From positions 10,051 through 74,050 of the forward strand of contig SXLG01000018.1 in the NCBI GenBank assembly GCA_005777805.1: a stretch of DNA of 64,000 nt. The letters are read 5' to 3'. Made by a program: the position numbers and the translations under genes. Source of the DNA: Pseudomonadota bacterium (GTDB lineage Bacteria; Desulfobacterota; Binatia; UBA12015). Within the stretch, counting starts at the first letter, position 1; every line of letters begins with the position of its first letter. The notes beneath the pieces were generated by a model, which saw only the letters and a list, made by a program, of their open reading frames with translations, was not told where the DNA came from and ran no database searches. This document shows, piece after piece, positions 1-10,030 of the stretch.

Positions 1-1
1 T

Positions 2-613
2 CCACCCCGCTACCGCGAGGCCCACGAACGTGGTCTCTGGGTCCAGCGCGAGACGGGCCATGGGGCGGTGCTGGAGCGGCGAGTCGAGCTCGAGGCCCTG
101 ACCCGAGCCGGAGGCGAGATCCCGATCGAGCTCTCGATCACGGCGCTCGGCAGCGGCCGCAGTGCTCGCTTCATCGGTTTCCTCCGCGACCTGAGCGCGC
201 AGCGGGGCATCGAGGAGAAAAATCGGAGCTTGATGACCGAACTCGCCGACACCGCCGACCGTCTGCGGCTCGCCCTTGCGGCCGCGGGTGCTGGGGTGTG
301 GGAGTGGCGCGCCGACGACCGTCACGTGCACGGCGACGCGAGGTGGGCCGAGATCTGGGGCCTGCCCGTCCGCGCCGAGGGCTGGCCTGTGCGCGAGCTG
401 ATGGCTCGGATCCTGCCGGAGGACCGCACTCCGGTGGCGCCGGTGGACGAGGGGGGGCGGTCGCTCAACGTGTATCGGCAGCGCTTCCGGATCCAGCTTG
501 GCACGGAGGTCGTGCCGCTCGTCAACTTTGCAAGCATCCAGCGCGCCGCGACCGGTGACGTCGTCCGACTCGTCGGCGTGACGCAGCGCGAAGCCGATTC
601 CGTACCGAGCTAG
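2..613 (+). CDS. PAS-domain sensor protein, 3' end (5' partial at window edge)
   Basis: Frame 2 is open from base 2 (..YREAHERGLWVQRETGHGAVLERRVELEAL..), so the listed 68..613 ORF is the tail of a longer gene. PAS-like blocks are present (GVWEWRADDRHVHGDARWAEIWG, ILPEDR, YRQRFRI). Stop at 611-613. Confidence 0.7.
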   Translation, partial: PPRYREAHERGLWVQRETGHGAVLERRVELEALTRAGGEIPIELSITALGSGRSARFIGFLRDLSAQRGIEEKNRSLMTELADTADRLRLALAAAGAGVWEWRADDRHVHGDARWAEIWGLPVRAEGWPVRELMARILPEDRTPVAPVDEGGRSLNVYRQRFRIQLGTEVVPLVNFASIQRAATGDVVRLVGVTQREADSVPS

Positions 614-685
614 GACCGCCGCGCCGCTCCGTTCCGTCGAAGAGGTAGGCCGTCCCGCGCCGGGGCGTGGTGCCTTGTTCTCGTT

Positions 686-2413
686 TCAGTCGGTCAGCCC
701 CAGGATCTTGTCGTAGCGCTCGAGGCGAGTCACGTCGCCGCTCTGAATGCGGCGCGCGTGCATTTCGACCTCGAGTATCTTGCGATTGATATAGGCCGAG
801 GCGAGTACCGTCCGCTCCGGGCTGAGCACGGCCTGTTCGAGCAGCTCGACACCGACGACGACGGTGATGACCATCTCCGAGACCCGCTTGGCGTTGAGGA
901 GCGCGTAGGAAGGGTCGCCGAGCAATGAGGGGAGGGTCGCCTCGAGCTGGGCGATTCCGCCTTCGAGCTGGGCTGATTGTTCGGGGAAACGGCCGCGCAG
1001 GCCCTCCAGGCTGCTGCGGAGATCGGCGAGGACCGTGAAGAGCGCCCCCTTGGCCATCTCGCGCAAAGCAAAGCTCGCCTGGATCTCGGAGGTCCCCTCG
1101 TAGATCGTCGTGATGATCGAGTCGGAGTGGAACTGCCCGGCGGCCGACTCGGCCATGAAGCCCAGCCCGCCGTGGATCTGGATGCCACGCCGGGCAACCT
1201 CGTTGGCGGTCTCGGTCGTGAGAAACTTGCACAGCGGGGTGAAGAAGCGGACGAGCTGATGGGCGTGCTCGTATTCTTGCTGAAGGGCCGCCCGATCCAG
1301 ATCCGCGTCGGTCCGGCCGCTGGCAAGGTAGGTGGCGATCGCGTCGCAGCGATCGACCAGCGTGCAGGTGTGGTAGAGCAGCGCGCGGGCCGCCTGGATC
1401 TCGAGCGCCATCAGCGTCAGCATTGATTTGACCAGCGGCTGGCGGATGATGGGCTGTCCGAACTGGGAGCGCTCCCGGGCGTAGTTCCGGGCCTGCCGGA
1501 AGGCGGACTCGGCGATGCCGAGTCCCTGCGCCGAGACGCCGAGCCGGGCGTTGTTCATGAGGTCGAGCATGGCGCGAAAGCCGTTGCCCCGTTCGCCGAG
1601 CAGGAAGGCCTCGGCGTGATCGAAATCGACCGCACAGGTCGGCGAGCCGTGGATGCCAAGCTTGCGCTCGACGCGGGAGACCCGCATCCCGTTCGGACGT
1701 CCATCGGGCAGGGTCTTCGGGCAGAGCAGCAGGCAGAGCCCGTTGGTGGTGCCCTTGGACTGTTCTCCGGTCGCGGCGTCGCGCGCCAGCACGAGATGGA
1801 CCTCACAGCCGCCGTTGGTGATGAAGATCTTGCTGCCGTCGATGAAGAAGCGCCCGCCCTCCTCGGTCACGCGGGTGGTGATGCCGCCGAGATCCGAGCC
1901 GGCGTTTGGTTCGGTCAGATCCATCGCGCCCTGGACCTCGCCGGAGGTGAAGCGCGGCAGCCAGTAATCGCGCAGCTCATCGGTGCCGTATTTTTCGATA
2001 TCCATCGCCACCCCACTCTGGAGGCCCATGATGGTCATCAGGCTCGGGTCGGCACCGGCAAGCATCTCGAGAAGCGCGCTGTTGAGGAACATCGATAGCC
2101 CGGCCCCTCCCCAGCGCGGATCCACCGGCAGGCAGACCAGGCCAGCCCGACGGAAGAGGTCGTAGCCGCGCGCGATGTGCTCCGGCACGTGGACGACGCC
2201 GTTCTCGAGTTTGACCTCGTCGTGCCAACCCGCGCGGGCGAGTGGCGTAAGCTCGGCGCAGATATCGCCCGCGGTCTGGAGGATGGTTCGCCAGGCTTCG
2301 ATCTCGCTCGCGGTGTCGGTGACCTCCGGCCGCTTGAGCCGCAGGTAGGGCGCCCAGTCGATGCGGTGCTCGAGAAAGAACTGCATGTCGGAGTGAAAGA
2401 AATCGTCGCTCAC
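686..2413 (-). CDS. Acyl-CoA dehydrogenase (long form)
   Basis: 575-aa ORF with ACAD hallmarks: GAMDLTEPNAGSDLGG, IFITNGG, RKLGIHGSPT, QFGQPI, IYEGTSEIQ. Strong G/C at third codon positions. Confidence 0.9.
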   Translation of the reverse strand: MSDDFFHSDMQFFLEHRIDWAPYLRLKRPEVTDTASEIEAWRTILQTAGDICAELTPLARAGWHDEVKLENGVVHVPEHIARGYDLFRRAGLVCLPVDPRWGGAGLSMFLNSALLEMLAGADPSLMTIMGLQSGVAMDIEKYGTDELRDYWLPRFTSGEVQGAMDLTEPNAGSDLGGITTRVTEEGGRFFIDGSKIFITNGGCEVHLVLARDAATGEQSKGTTNGLCLLLCPKTLPDGRPNGMRVSRVERKLGIHGSPTCAVDFDHAEAFLLGERGNGFRAMLDLMNNARLGVSAQGLGIAESAFRQARNYARERSQFGQPIIRQPLVKSMLTLMALEIQAARALLYHTCTLVDRCDAIATYLASGRTDADLDRAALQQEYEHAHQLVRFFTPLCKFLTTETANEVARRGIQIHGGLGFMAESAAGQFHSDSIITTIYEGTSEIQASFALREMAKGALFTVLADLRSSLEGLRGRFPEQSAQLEGGIAQLEATLPSLLGDPSYALLNAKRVSEMVITVVVGVELLEQAVLSPERTVLASAYINRKILEVEMHARRIQSGDVTRLERYDKILGLTD

Positions 2414-2508
2414 GGGGTGGCCCTCCGATCACCCAGATAGGCCGCAGGGTGGTCTCTTGGCAATTCGAACCAGGGTCTGGCCTGGCTGCGCCGGCACGGG
2501 AGCGTGGT

Positions 2509-3744
2509 ATGGCTCCCGCCGGGAACGGCTGCGTGCGCTTCGTCTCGACCATCTCAACCGCTTCGAATCCGGCGCAGGCCGCCAACGAAGCCGTTGCGGC
2601 CACCCGCCTCGAACTCGGGGGCGCAGAGCCCAACCTGGTCCTGGCCTTCCTCTCGGCGGACCACCGCGACGTTGCGCGCGAGATCATGGCGCTGATCGGC
2701 AGCGCGCTGCCCTCGGCGCTCTTGCTCGGTTGCACGGCGCGCAGCGTGATCGGCGGCGGCCGCGAGATCGAGGAGGGGCCGGGCCTCGCCTTGGTTGCCG
2801 CGACCTTGCCCGGCGTCTCGCTTTGCCCCTTTCACGTCGAGCCCGGCCATGAGGCCGCACTGGTCGAGGGCCAGTTTGGGAGCTGCTTTGGTCGGCTCCA
2901 GCCCACGGTCGCGTCCATCGTGCTCGTCGACCCCTTTTCGATCGAGGCCGGTACTCTGCTCGGTGCTCTCGACCGGGTCGCTCCCGACGCGGTGCACGCG
3001 GGCGGGCTGGCGAGTGGCGGTAGCGATCCGGGCGAGAATCAACTCTTCCTCGCGGGCGACGTCCGGCGTGCAGGTGCTGTTGGTGTGGCTCTGGCCGGGG
3101 CGGTCGAGGCGCGGGCCGTCGTCGCGCAAGGCTGCCGGCCGATCGGCGAGCCGATGTTCGTCACCGGGGTGCGGGACAACGTCGTTTTAAGTCTTGATGG
3201 TCGACCGCCGCTCGACGTGATCCGCGATCTCCACGCGAAGTTGAACGAGCGCGACCGCCAGCTCTGCCGGGACTCGCTCTTTCTCGGGCTCGGCATGGGT
3301 GATTCGCGCGAGTCCTTCGGCGCCGGCGACTTCCTGGTCCGCAACCTGCTCGGTGCGGATCGTGACTCGGGTGGGCTCGCAATCGGCGCCATGTTGACCG
3401 ACGTGCGGGTGGTGCAGTTCCACCTGCGCGACCCGGCGACGGCCGAGGCGGATCTGGGCCTGCGTCTCGCCGAGGCGGCGCGTGCGGCGGGGGGCCGCCC
3501 GCCAGCAGGCGGACTCCTCTTCTCGTGTCTCGGGCGGGGGGCGGCGCTCTACGGGCGGCCTGATTTTGAGACGACACTGGCGCAGCGCCATCTCGGCGGG
3601 ACGCCGATCGGGGGCTTCTTCTGCAACGGCGAGATCGGCCCCGTCGTCGGCCGGACGTTCTTGCACGGCTACACCAGCTCGCTCCTGCTCCTGCAGCAAC
3701 GCACGCTGGTCCCCGCGGCGGGCGCCGGACCTCAGCCCCTCTAG
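2509..3744 (+). CDS. FIST-domain signal-transduction protein
   Basis: FIST_N/FIST_C-like layout (LVLAFLSADH.., GGFFCNGEIGPV..). I prefer the ATG at 2509, preceded by GGGAG about 7 nt upstream, over the ORF-track start at 2449. The start is uncertain. Confidence 0.75.
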   Translation: MAPAGNGCVRFVSTISTASNPAQAANEAVAATRLELGGAEPNLVLAFLSADHRDVAREIMALIGSALPSALLLGCTARSVIGGGREIEEGPGLALVAATLPGVSLCPFHVEPGHEAALVEGQFGSCFGRLQPTVASIVLVDPFSIEAGTLLGALDRVAPDAVHAGGLASGGSDPGENQLFLAGDVRRAGAVGVALAGAVEARAVVAQGCRPIGEPMFVTGVRDNVVLSLDGRPPLDVIRDLHAKLNERDRQLCRDSLFLGLGMGDSRESFGAGDFLVRNLLGADRDSGGLAIGAMLTDVRVVQFHLRDPATAEADLGLRLAEAARAAGGRPPAGGLLFSCLGRGAALYGRPDFETTLAQRHLGGTPIGGFFCNGEIGPVVGRTFLHGYTSSLLLLQQRTLVPAAGAGPQPL

Positions 3745-3751
3745 CCCGTCA

Positions 3752-3777
3752 CCACGCCGATCCGGCCGGCGGCGTGG
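3752..3777 (+). terminator. GC-rich hairpin just after the FIST stop (no U-tract)
   Basis: CCACGCCG (3752-3759) pairs with CGGCGTGG (3770-3777) around a 10-nt loop, 8 nt after the stop codon. A second hairpin, CGCAGAG..CTCTGCG, follows. The flanking genes are convergent. Confidence 0.3.
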
Positions 3778-3992
3778 ATTGACTCAAGCGGTCTGCGCAG
3801 AGTCCCGCGCTCTGCGACTCGATCGATGGGGCGACACGACGGCCAACTCGTCGCGTTGACGAGCCTGACAGCAGAGGAGCGAGCCGTGCAGGCGGACTCG
3901 GTCAACCCACGTCGCCCAGCGCGTAGGCAACGCGCGGTTCGCGAAGGCCGAGCGGCTGAGGGCAAGCGTCGGCCCGGGGTGGGAGGGGCGCG

Positions 3993-6176
3993 TCAGTCGA
4001 TGTAGCCCAGCGCGCGCAGGGAGCGCTCGGTGCGCGCGTCGACCGGCTGGTCGCCGGGAGGCGGCGGCGAAGGCACGCCGACCGTGCTCGCGGCGAGGTG
4101 CTCGTCGAGCTTTGCCTCGAGCCCCGGGGCGCGGGCGTCGCTGGGTAGTGGTTTCCACTCGTGAGGGTCGGCGGGCAAGTCGTAGATCACCGTGCTGCCG
4201 CTGGAGCGTAATAATTTGAGATTTCCCTGCCGGGCGCCGGCGGCCCCGGGGCGGAGCCACGAGAAGAAGAGCGGCCGATCGCGCAGCCTTGCGGTCGCCG
4301 GGCCGGGGGCCTGCATCAGGCCGACCAGATCCCGGCCCGGACCGGGTGGCACCGGTGCGCCGACCAGCGCCGCGATCGTCGGCCGCACATCCACGATGCT
4401 CACCGGCGTCTCGATGCGGCGCCCGGTCGGGATGCCGGGACCGCGCAGGATGAGCGGGATCCCGAGCTGTTCGCGATAGGCAGCGAATCCGTGTCCACCC
4501 ATGCCGTGCTCGCCGAAGGATTCGCCGTGGTCCGAGAGCAGGACCACGAGCGTCGTTGCGGCCAGGCCGGTGCGCTCGAGCGCGTCGAGCAGCTTGTCGA
4601 CCAGATCATCAGCCGCGCGGATGGTGCGGTCGTAGGCATCGAGTTGCGCGCGGTGCTGCCGGGGTACCCAGGGGGCTGGATCGGGGCCGCGTTCGTCGCG
4701 AAAGAGGGTCTCGTAGCCCGGTGGCGGAACGTAGGGGTCGTGCGTGAGATAGGTGTGGAGGAAGAGAAAGAAGCGGACGCCGCGATGCTCTTCGAGGAAA
4801 CGGATGCCATCGGCGAAGGTGCGGGTCCCGCGCCTGTCGTGCGCGAAACTACGCTCGACGAAGGTGTCGAAGCCATACCAGAAACCAAAGGCGCCCGAGA
4901 GCAGCGCATCCTCGGTGAAGGCAGCGGTCTCGAGGCCATCCCGCTGCAGGATTTCGCCCAGCGTCGGCTCCGGGTCGGTGGCCGTCAGGCGACCGCGCAC
5001 GGGCTGGGCCGCGGCCCAGCGACCGGTGAAGAGACTCTGGTGCGAGATGTCGGTCTGCGGGAAGGTCGTCGTTACGTCGAGAAAGGTGCTGCCGGCCGCG
5101 ATCAGTTCGCGGTCGATCACAGGCGAGGTCGCTCGTCCGTAGCCGTAGCCGGAGAGGTGGTCGGCGCGCAGGGTATCGAGCGAAATCAGCACCACGTTCT
5201 CGATCGCTGGGGTAGGCCGCGGGACCGGTGCGGGCGCGCGGATGCGAGGAACGGCCCACACCACGTCGGCCATTCCACCGCCTGAGGCCCCCGCCTCGAG
5301 AACGAGCGTGCAGCCGCGGGCCGCCCCGACCGGCCGCGCGGCCTCGAACCAGCCGTCACGGCTCTGTATTTCGTGATCGACGAGCGTGCGCGGGGCCGCG
5401 CTCCCGGCGCAACCGAGGGTAGCGCGGATGCGCGCACGGGCGTCCTTCTCGCCATGGCCGGCGATGCCCGCTGCCAGAACGAGGACGGTTCCCTCGGCGA
5501 ATTCGAGATCGGACGCCACGAGCCGCTGCGGCACCCGACCGAGAGCGTCGAGGCGCAGGTTGAGCACGCCCGGACCGCCGTGGGGCCGCGTGTAGAGCAG
5601 CTTGACCCGGGTCGCCTTGGCAGTGGTCGCGCGCGGCCACTCCACCGACCAGCCCTCTGCCGGCCGGTGCCAGAAGGTCTGCGTCGCCACGCCGGCCATG
5701 GCGTCGGCCGGCAGTGCGCGCCGCAGGGGCAGCTCCTGCACCGCCAACACAAGTGGCCGATCGCGCGTGTCGGCGGGGACGCCGCTCGCGAGTTCGAGTT
5801 CTATCTTGACCTGGCGCGTCTGGACGGGGAGATCGAGCCGCTCGGCCAGCCGGATCCGCGGTGGCGGTGCGAGGACGGGCCGCGCCTCGTCGCGGAGCTG
5901 GACCATCGCCGCATGGGCGGCATCGGCGGGCACCGCGAGGCCAAAGCGCGCGGGCTCGAGCCGGCTCACCGTGGCCGGTCCGGTGGCGGTCGTCGGGGCG
6001 CGTTTGCAGCCGGTCTCGCATGAAAATGTCGCCACCAGCAGGAGGAGGGCGAGCAGGCGGGACCACGGCGCGGCCAGCGCGGCGCGGCCCGGAGCCGCTT
6101 GGCTGGAAGTTCGGGAGATCAGGACGCAGCTCTCCGTGCGAAGAAAACGCGCGCGTTTGCCACGCGCCCGGCCCAT
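3993..6176 (-). CDS. Sulfatase-fold (alkaline-phosphatase superfamily) exported protein, Thr-type active site
   Basis: 727 aa with an N-terminal hydrophobic signal (LLALLLLVATFSC). Sulfatase-fold blocks are VVLISLDTLRADH and LLSDHGESFGEHGMGGHG. The C/S-x-P-x-R site reads T-D-I-S-H. The C-terminus is ..LRALGYID. Confidence 0.8.
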   Translation of the reverse strand: MGRARGKRARFLRTESCVLISRTSSQAAPGRAALAAPWSRLLALLLLVATFSCETGCKRAPTTATGPATVSRLEPARFGLAVPADAAHAAMVQLRDEARPVLAPPPRIRLAERLDLPVQTRQVKIELELASGVPADTRDRPLVLAVQELPLRRALPADAMAGVATQTFWHRPAEGWSVEWPRATTAKATRVKLLYTRPHGGPGVLNLRLDALGRVPQRLVASDLEFAEGTVLVLAAGIAGHGEKDARARIRATLGCAGSAAPRTLVDHEIQSRDGWFEAARPVGAARGCTLVLEAGASGGGMADVVWAVPRIRAPAPVPRPTPAIENVVLISLDTLRADHLSGYGYGRATSPVIDRELIAAGSTFLDVTTTFPQTDISHQSLFTGRWAAAQPVRGRLTATDPEPTLGEILQRDGLETAAFTEDALLSGAFGFWYGFDTFVERSFAHDRRGTRTFADGIRFLEEHRGVRFFLFLHTYLTHDPYVPPPGYETLFRDERGPDPAPWVPRQHRAQLDAYDRTIRAADDLVDKLLDALERTGLAATTLVVLLSDHGESFGEHGMGGHGFAAYREQLGIPLILRGPGIPTGRRIETPVSIVDVRPTIAALVGAPVPPGPGRDLVGLMQAPGPATARLRDRPLFFSWLRPGAAGARQGNLKLLRSSGSTVIYDLPADPHEWKPLPSDARAPGLEAKLDEHLAASTVGVPSPPPPGDQPVDARTERSLRALGYID

Positions 6177-6386
6177 CGGGCGCTCTGGCCCACAACCGAG
6201 GCTGCGGGGCAGGCGGGCCGGGCGCCCGAGCCGGCGGGCAAGGTCAGGCGTCCATGCACCTCGTGCGAGGGGTCGGGGCCGTCGATCGCGTCAACCAGGG
6301 GGAAGGACACTCGTCGCGCCTTAGCATGAGCCGGCGGACCCGTCCGGCCCTTGCACATGTGCCCGCTTCCCGGTCGAATGGGGTGC

Positions 6387-8396
6387 ATGTCGCGGCCTCG
6401 TGCGTCCGGTGTCTCTCTGCTGGTATTTCTGCTTGCCCTGGGGGCCACGCTCGCTGAGGCGGGACGGGTGCCGATCCCCCGCTGGGTTCTCGGCGACGTT
6501 GCCGGTGGTGGGTTGGCGCGAGTGCTGGTCGAGCTGGAAGTGGCAGAGGGCGCTGCTCACGGGCCACGCTCGAGCCCGGCCTTCGATGCCGAGCGGGCGC
6601 GCGTCATCGCCGCGGCCCGGATGCAACTCGGTGCCGCGCTCGGACGCAGCGGCTGGCACTCGCTACGCGAGTTCGCGAGCGTGCCCTTCGTCGCGCTCGA
6701 GGTCGATGCGGCTGCGCTCGAGCGGCTATCCAAGGCGCCCGGCGTGCGTGGGATCGGCGAGGATCGTCTCGAGCGCCCGTTTCTGCGCGAGACGGGGCCA
6801 CTCGTCGGTGCGCCTGAGGCTGAGGCCATGGGCTTCGACGGGCGTGGCTGGTCGGTCGCGATCATCGATACCGGGGTCGAGAGCGCCCACACCTTCATGG
6901 GTGGTCGTGTGATCGACCAAGCGTGCTTCTCGGCCGGCCGGAGCTGTCCCAACGGTGCGGCGCAGCAGTTCGGCATCGGCGCGGGCGAGCCCTGTAGCTG
7001 GGCCCCCGATTCGTGTGGCCACGGGACGCATGTCGCGGGCATCGCGGCGGGACGGGGCCAGACCACCGACGGCATGGCCCCCGAGGCCAGCATCGTGAGC
7101 CTGCAAGTCTTCTCGCGCTTCACCGGCTCGATTTGCGAGGAAGACAGCGAGGACCCCTGCGCCCTGACCTACACCAGCGATACGATCGCGGCGCTTGACT
7201 GGCTCTATCAGAATCGCGACCGGCTGAACCTCGCGGTCGTCAACATGAGTCTCGGTGGCGAGAGCTTCACCAGCGAGGCCGCGTGTGATGCCGCCGATGC
7301 CGGGCGCAAGGCCGCCGTCGACGCTCTGCGCGCGGCCGGGATCGCGACGATCGCCGCTGCGGGCAACGACGGCTCCGCGGACAGTCTCGCCACGCCGGCA
7401 TGCCTGAGCTCGGTGATCTCGGTCGGCGCCACCACCGACGAGGACGAGATCGCCTCGTTCTCGCAATCGGCCTCGTTTCTCGACCTGCTCGCCCCCGGCC
7501 GCAGCGTGGTATCGGCGTATCCACCGGGCGATTGGGCATCGGTCTCGGGCACGTCGCAGGCGACGCCGCACGTCGCAGGCGGATTTGCGCTGCTCTACCA
7601 GAAGCTCGGCCGGCGCGACCCCGACGCCGCGCTGGCAGCACTGCGAGACAGCGGGGTCTGGATCACCGACGCGCGCAACGGACAGGTGACGTCGCGGATT
7701 CGCCTCGCGGCAGCACTCGATGCGCTCGGTGGCGGGCCGAACGGCACCGGCGTCCAGGTCACGCCCGACGGTGTACGCACGCTGGTCAGCAAGGATGTCG
7801 GCGAGGAGCGCTGGGCGATCACGCTCGACCACGCCGACGGCAGCGTGACGGGCAACGTTTTCCGCTCGGGCGGCGGGCAGCCGCAATTTGTCTTCTGCGA
7901 GCCGCTAGCCGGGGCGGCGGCCGGCTCGCAGCGCTACTCGTGTTCGGGTTCGGATTCCTGCGCCGGCTCGGCCTGCACGCCGGCGCAGTGGGTCCCTATA
8001 TCCGTGGTGGACGTGCCGCTGAGTTTCTTCGCTCCCGGTGGTGACCCGGCCGAGGCAAGTGGCCCGGCAGCACCGACCGCGGCTGTCGAGCCCGGCCTGC
8101 AGATCACGCCCGACCGGGCCCACACGTTGGTCAGCAAGGACGTCGGGCCCGAACGCTGGGCGATCGGCCGCCATGCCGATGGCACGGTCACCGGCAACGT
8201 TTTCCTCGCCGACGGCAGCGATCCCCAATTTGTTTGGTGCGAGCAGATCGGCAGCGACGGCAACCCCGACCCGGCCGCCGAGCAATTGCTCCTCTCCTGC
8301 CACGGCGCCGACCGCTGCTCCGTAGCGCCCTGCACCGCCTCGCAGTGGATCTGGCTCCGCGACGTGACCGTGCCCGGTGCGTTCTTTCTGCCCTGA
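6387..8396 (+). CDS. Secreted subtilisin-like (S8) serine protease with two C-terminal repeat domains
   Basis: Asp/His/Ser triad motifs are present: AIIDTGV, GHGTHVAGI, SGTSQATPHVAG. A signal peptide (MSRPRASGVSLLVFLLALGATLAEA) starts at the ATG at 6387. The ORF-track start 6351 is also possible. Confidence 0.9.
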   Translation: MSRPRASGVSLLVFLLALGATLAEAGRVPIPRWVLGDVAGGGLARVLVELEVAEGAAHGPRSSPAFDAERARVIAAARMQLGAALGRSGWHSLREFASVPFVALEVDAAALERLSKAPGVRGIGEDRLERPFLRETGPLVGAPEAEAMGFDGRGWSVAIIDTGVESAHTFMGGRVIDQACFSAGRSCPNGAAQQFGIGAGEPCSWAPDSCGHGTHVAGIAAGRGQTTDGMAPEASIVSLQVFSRFTGSICEEDSEDPCALTYTSDTIAALDWLYQNRDRLNLAVVNMSLGGESFTSEAACDAADAGRKAAVDALRAAGIATIAAAGNDGSADSLATPACLSSVISVGATTDEDEIASFSQSASFLDLLAPGRSVVSAYPPGDWASVSGTSQATPHVAGGFALLYQKLGRRDPDAALAALRDSGVWITDARNGQVTSRIRLAAALDALGGGPNGTGVQVTPDGVRTLVSKDVGEERWAITLDHADGSVTGNVFRSGGGQPQFVFCEPLAGAAAGSQRYSCSGSDSCAGSACTPAQWVPISVVDVPLSFFAPGGDPAEASGPAAPTAAVEPGLQITPDRAHTLVSKDVGPERWAIGRHADGTVTGNVFLADGSDPQFVWCEQIGSDGNPDPAAEQLLLSCHGADRCSVAPCTASQWIWLRDVTVPGAFFLP

Positions 8397-8636
8397 GGAT
8401 CAATCGCAAGTTCAACGGCCGCAGCGCATCACCGAGCCGTAGGTGGCCGCGCCGCGGCGAGGGCTGATCCGCAAGGGTCGGGAACGGCGCCCCTTGTTCC
8501 CGCACGATTTGGGCCGTCGGTGCTAGCGCGACCGGCGCCACCCATTCCCGGCGGTGGCGTCAATCCCCAACGGCCTGAGGCACGGGCGGCTGGGCAGTGC
8601 CGCGCTCCCAGGACCAGCCGCCCAAGGTCGCCCCGC

Positions 8637-9461
8637 TCAGAGCCGGGCGCAGAAAGCGGCGAGGCCGTCCTGCCAGGGGGGTAGCTCGATGCGGGGATCC
8701 ATGTGGCTCACGAGTGCCGAGAAGCGCGGACGCGGGGCAGGGCGGGGGAACTCCGCGGTCGAGACCGGCACGACCTTCTTGTCGATCCCACGGCGGGCCA
8801 GGAGGGCACAGGTGAGTTCGTGCCAGCTTGCCTGACCGGCGCCGGCGATGTGATAGGTGCCGAAAGCGCCCGAGTCGATCAGCCTTGCTATCCCGGTGGC
8901 GAGATGAGGCGCGTAGGTCGGTGAACCGATCTGATCGTTGACCACGCGCAGCTCGGCGGCCGATGCGGCAAGGCGCAGCATCGTGCGGAGGAAGTTCTGG
9001 CCCTCCTCGTGGAAGACCCAGGCGGTGCGCACGATCCAGTGGCGCGGGTTTGTCTCGCGGACAAGATTCTCGCCGGCGAGCTTGCTCGCGCCGTAGACGG
9101 AACGTGGCTCCGGGCGGTCGAACTCGTCGTAGGGCCGACCGAGCTCGCCGTCGAAGACGTAATCCGTCGAGACGTGCAGCAGTGCTGCACCGCATTCGGC
9201 TGCGGCAAGTGCTAGATTTCGCGGGCCGAGCGCGTTGGCGCGAAAGGCCTGGTCGCGCTCGGACTCGGCGTCGTCGACGCGGTTCCACGCGGCGGCGTTC
9301 ACGACCACCGCCGGTGCGTGCGCCGCGACGGCAGCCCGCACGCGGGCGAGGTCGGCGATGTCGAGTTCGACGCGGGCGAGGGCGGTCACGTCATGCGCGA
9401 GGAGTGCTGCCGGCAGCGAGCGGCCAAGCTGACCACCGGCGCCGGTCACCAGGATCTTCAA
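8637..9461 (-). CDS. rmlD: dTDP-4-dehydrorhamnose reductase
   Basis: [12 protein letters not shown] Rossmann motif and STDYVFDG. The likely start is the TTG at 9461, overlapping the rmlC stop (TTGA). The 333-aa ORF-track extension is R/P-rich and not protein-like. Confidence 0.9.
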   Translation of the reverse strand: MKILVTGAGGQLGRSLPAALLAHDVTALARVELDIADLARVRAAVAAHAPAVVVNAAAWNRVDDAESERDQAFRANALGPRNLALAAAECGAALLHVSTDYVFDGELGRPYDEFDRPEPRSVYGASKLAGENLVRETNPRHWIVRTAWVFHEEGQNFLRTMLRLAASAAELRVVNDQIGSPTYAPHLATGIARLIDSGAFGTYHIAGAGQASWHELTCALLARRGIDKKVVPVSTAEFPRPAPRPRFSALVSHMDPRIELPPWQDGLAAFCARL

Positions 9462-10030
9462 GCGCGCCGCTCCAGCGGGTCGTCGTACACCGGGAGCTGG
9501 TCCCACCACGCGGCGAGCGGCCGGGCCTCGAGGTCCTTGGCCGAGAGCTGGGGGTTCTCGATCGGCCAGCGGACGCCGATGCTCGGGTCGTTCCAGCAGA
9601 GCCGCAGCTCGTCGGCGGCGTCGTAGAGGTCGGAGCATTTGTACTCGACCTCGGCCGAGTCCGAGAGGACACAGAGGCCGTGCGCGAAGCCGATCGGGAC
9701 GTAGATCTGGCGGAAGTTATCGGCCGAGAGATGGACGCCCGTCCAGTGGGCGAACGTCGGCGAGCCGCGGCGGATGTCGACCACCACGTCGAAGATCTCG
9801 CCTCGGATCACCCGCACCAGCTTTGCCTGCGGGCGGCGAAGCTGGGCGTGCAGGCCACGCAGCACGCCGCGCTCCGAGCAGGAGTGGTTGTCCTGCACAA
9901 AAACGTCGTGGATGCCGGCCTCGGCATAGCGTGTCGCGTTGAACGTCTCGACGAAGAAGCCGCGCGGATCGCGGTGGACCCGGGGCTCGAGGACGACGAC
10001 TCCCGGAAGTTCTGTCGCAACCACTTTCAC
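9458..10030 (-). CDS. rmlC: dTDP-4-dehydrorhamnose 3,5-epimerase
   Basis: 190 aa: [42 protein letters not shown]. Overlaps rmlA by 4 bp. Confidence 0.95.
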   Translation of the reverse strand: MKVVATELPGVVVLEPRVHRDPRGFFVETFNATRYAEAGIHDVFVQDNHSCSERGVLRGLHAQLRRPQAKLVRVIRGEIFDVVVDIRRGSPTFAHWTGVHLSADNFRQIYVPIGFAHGLCVLSDSAEVEYKCSDLYDAADELRLCWNDPSIGVRWPIENPQLSAKDLEARPLAAWWDQLPVYDDPLERRA

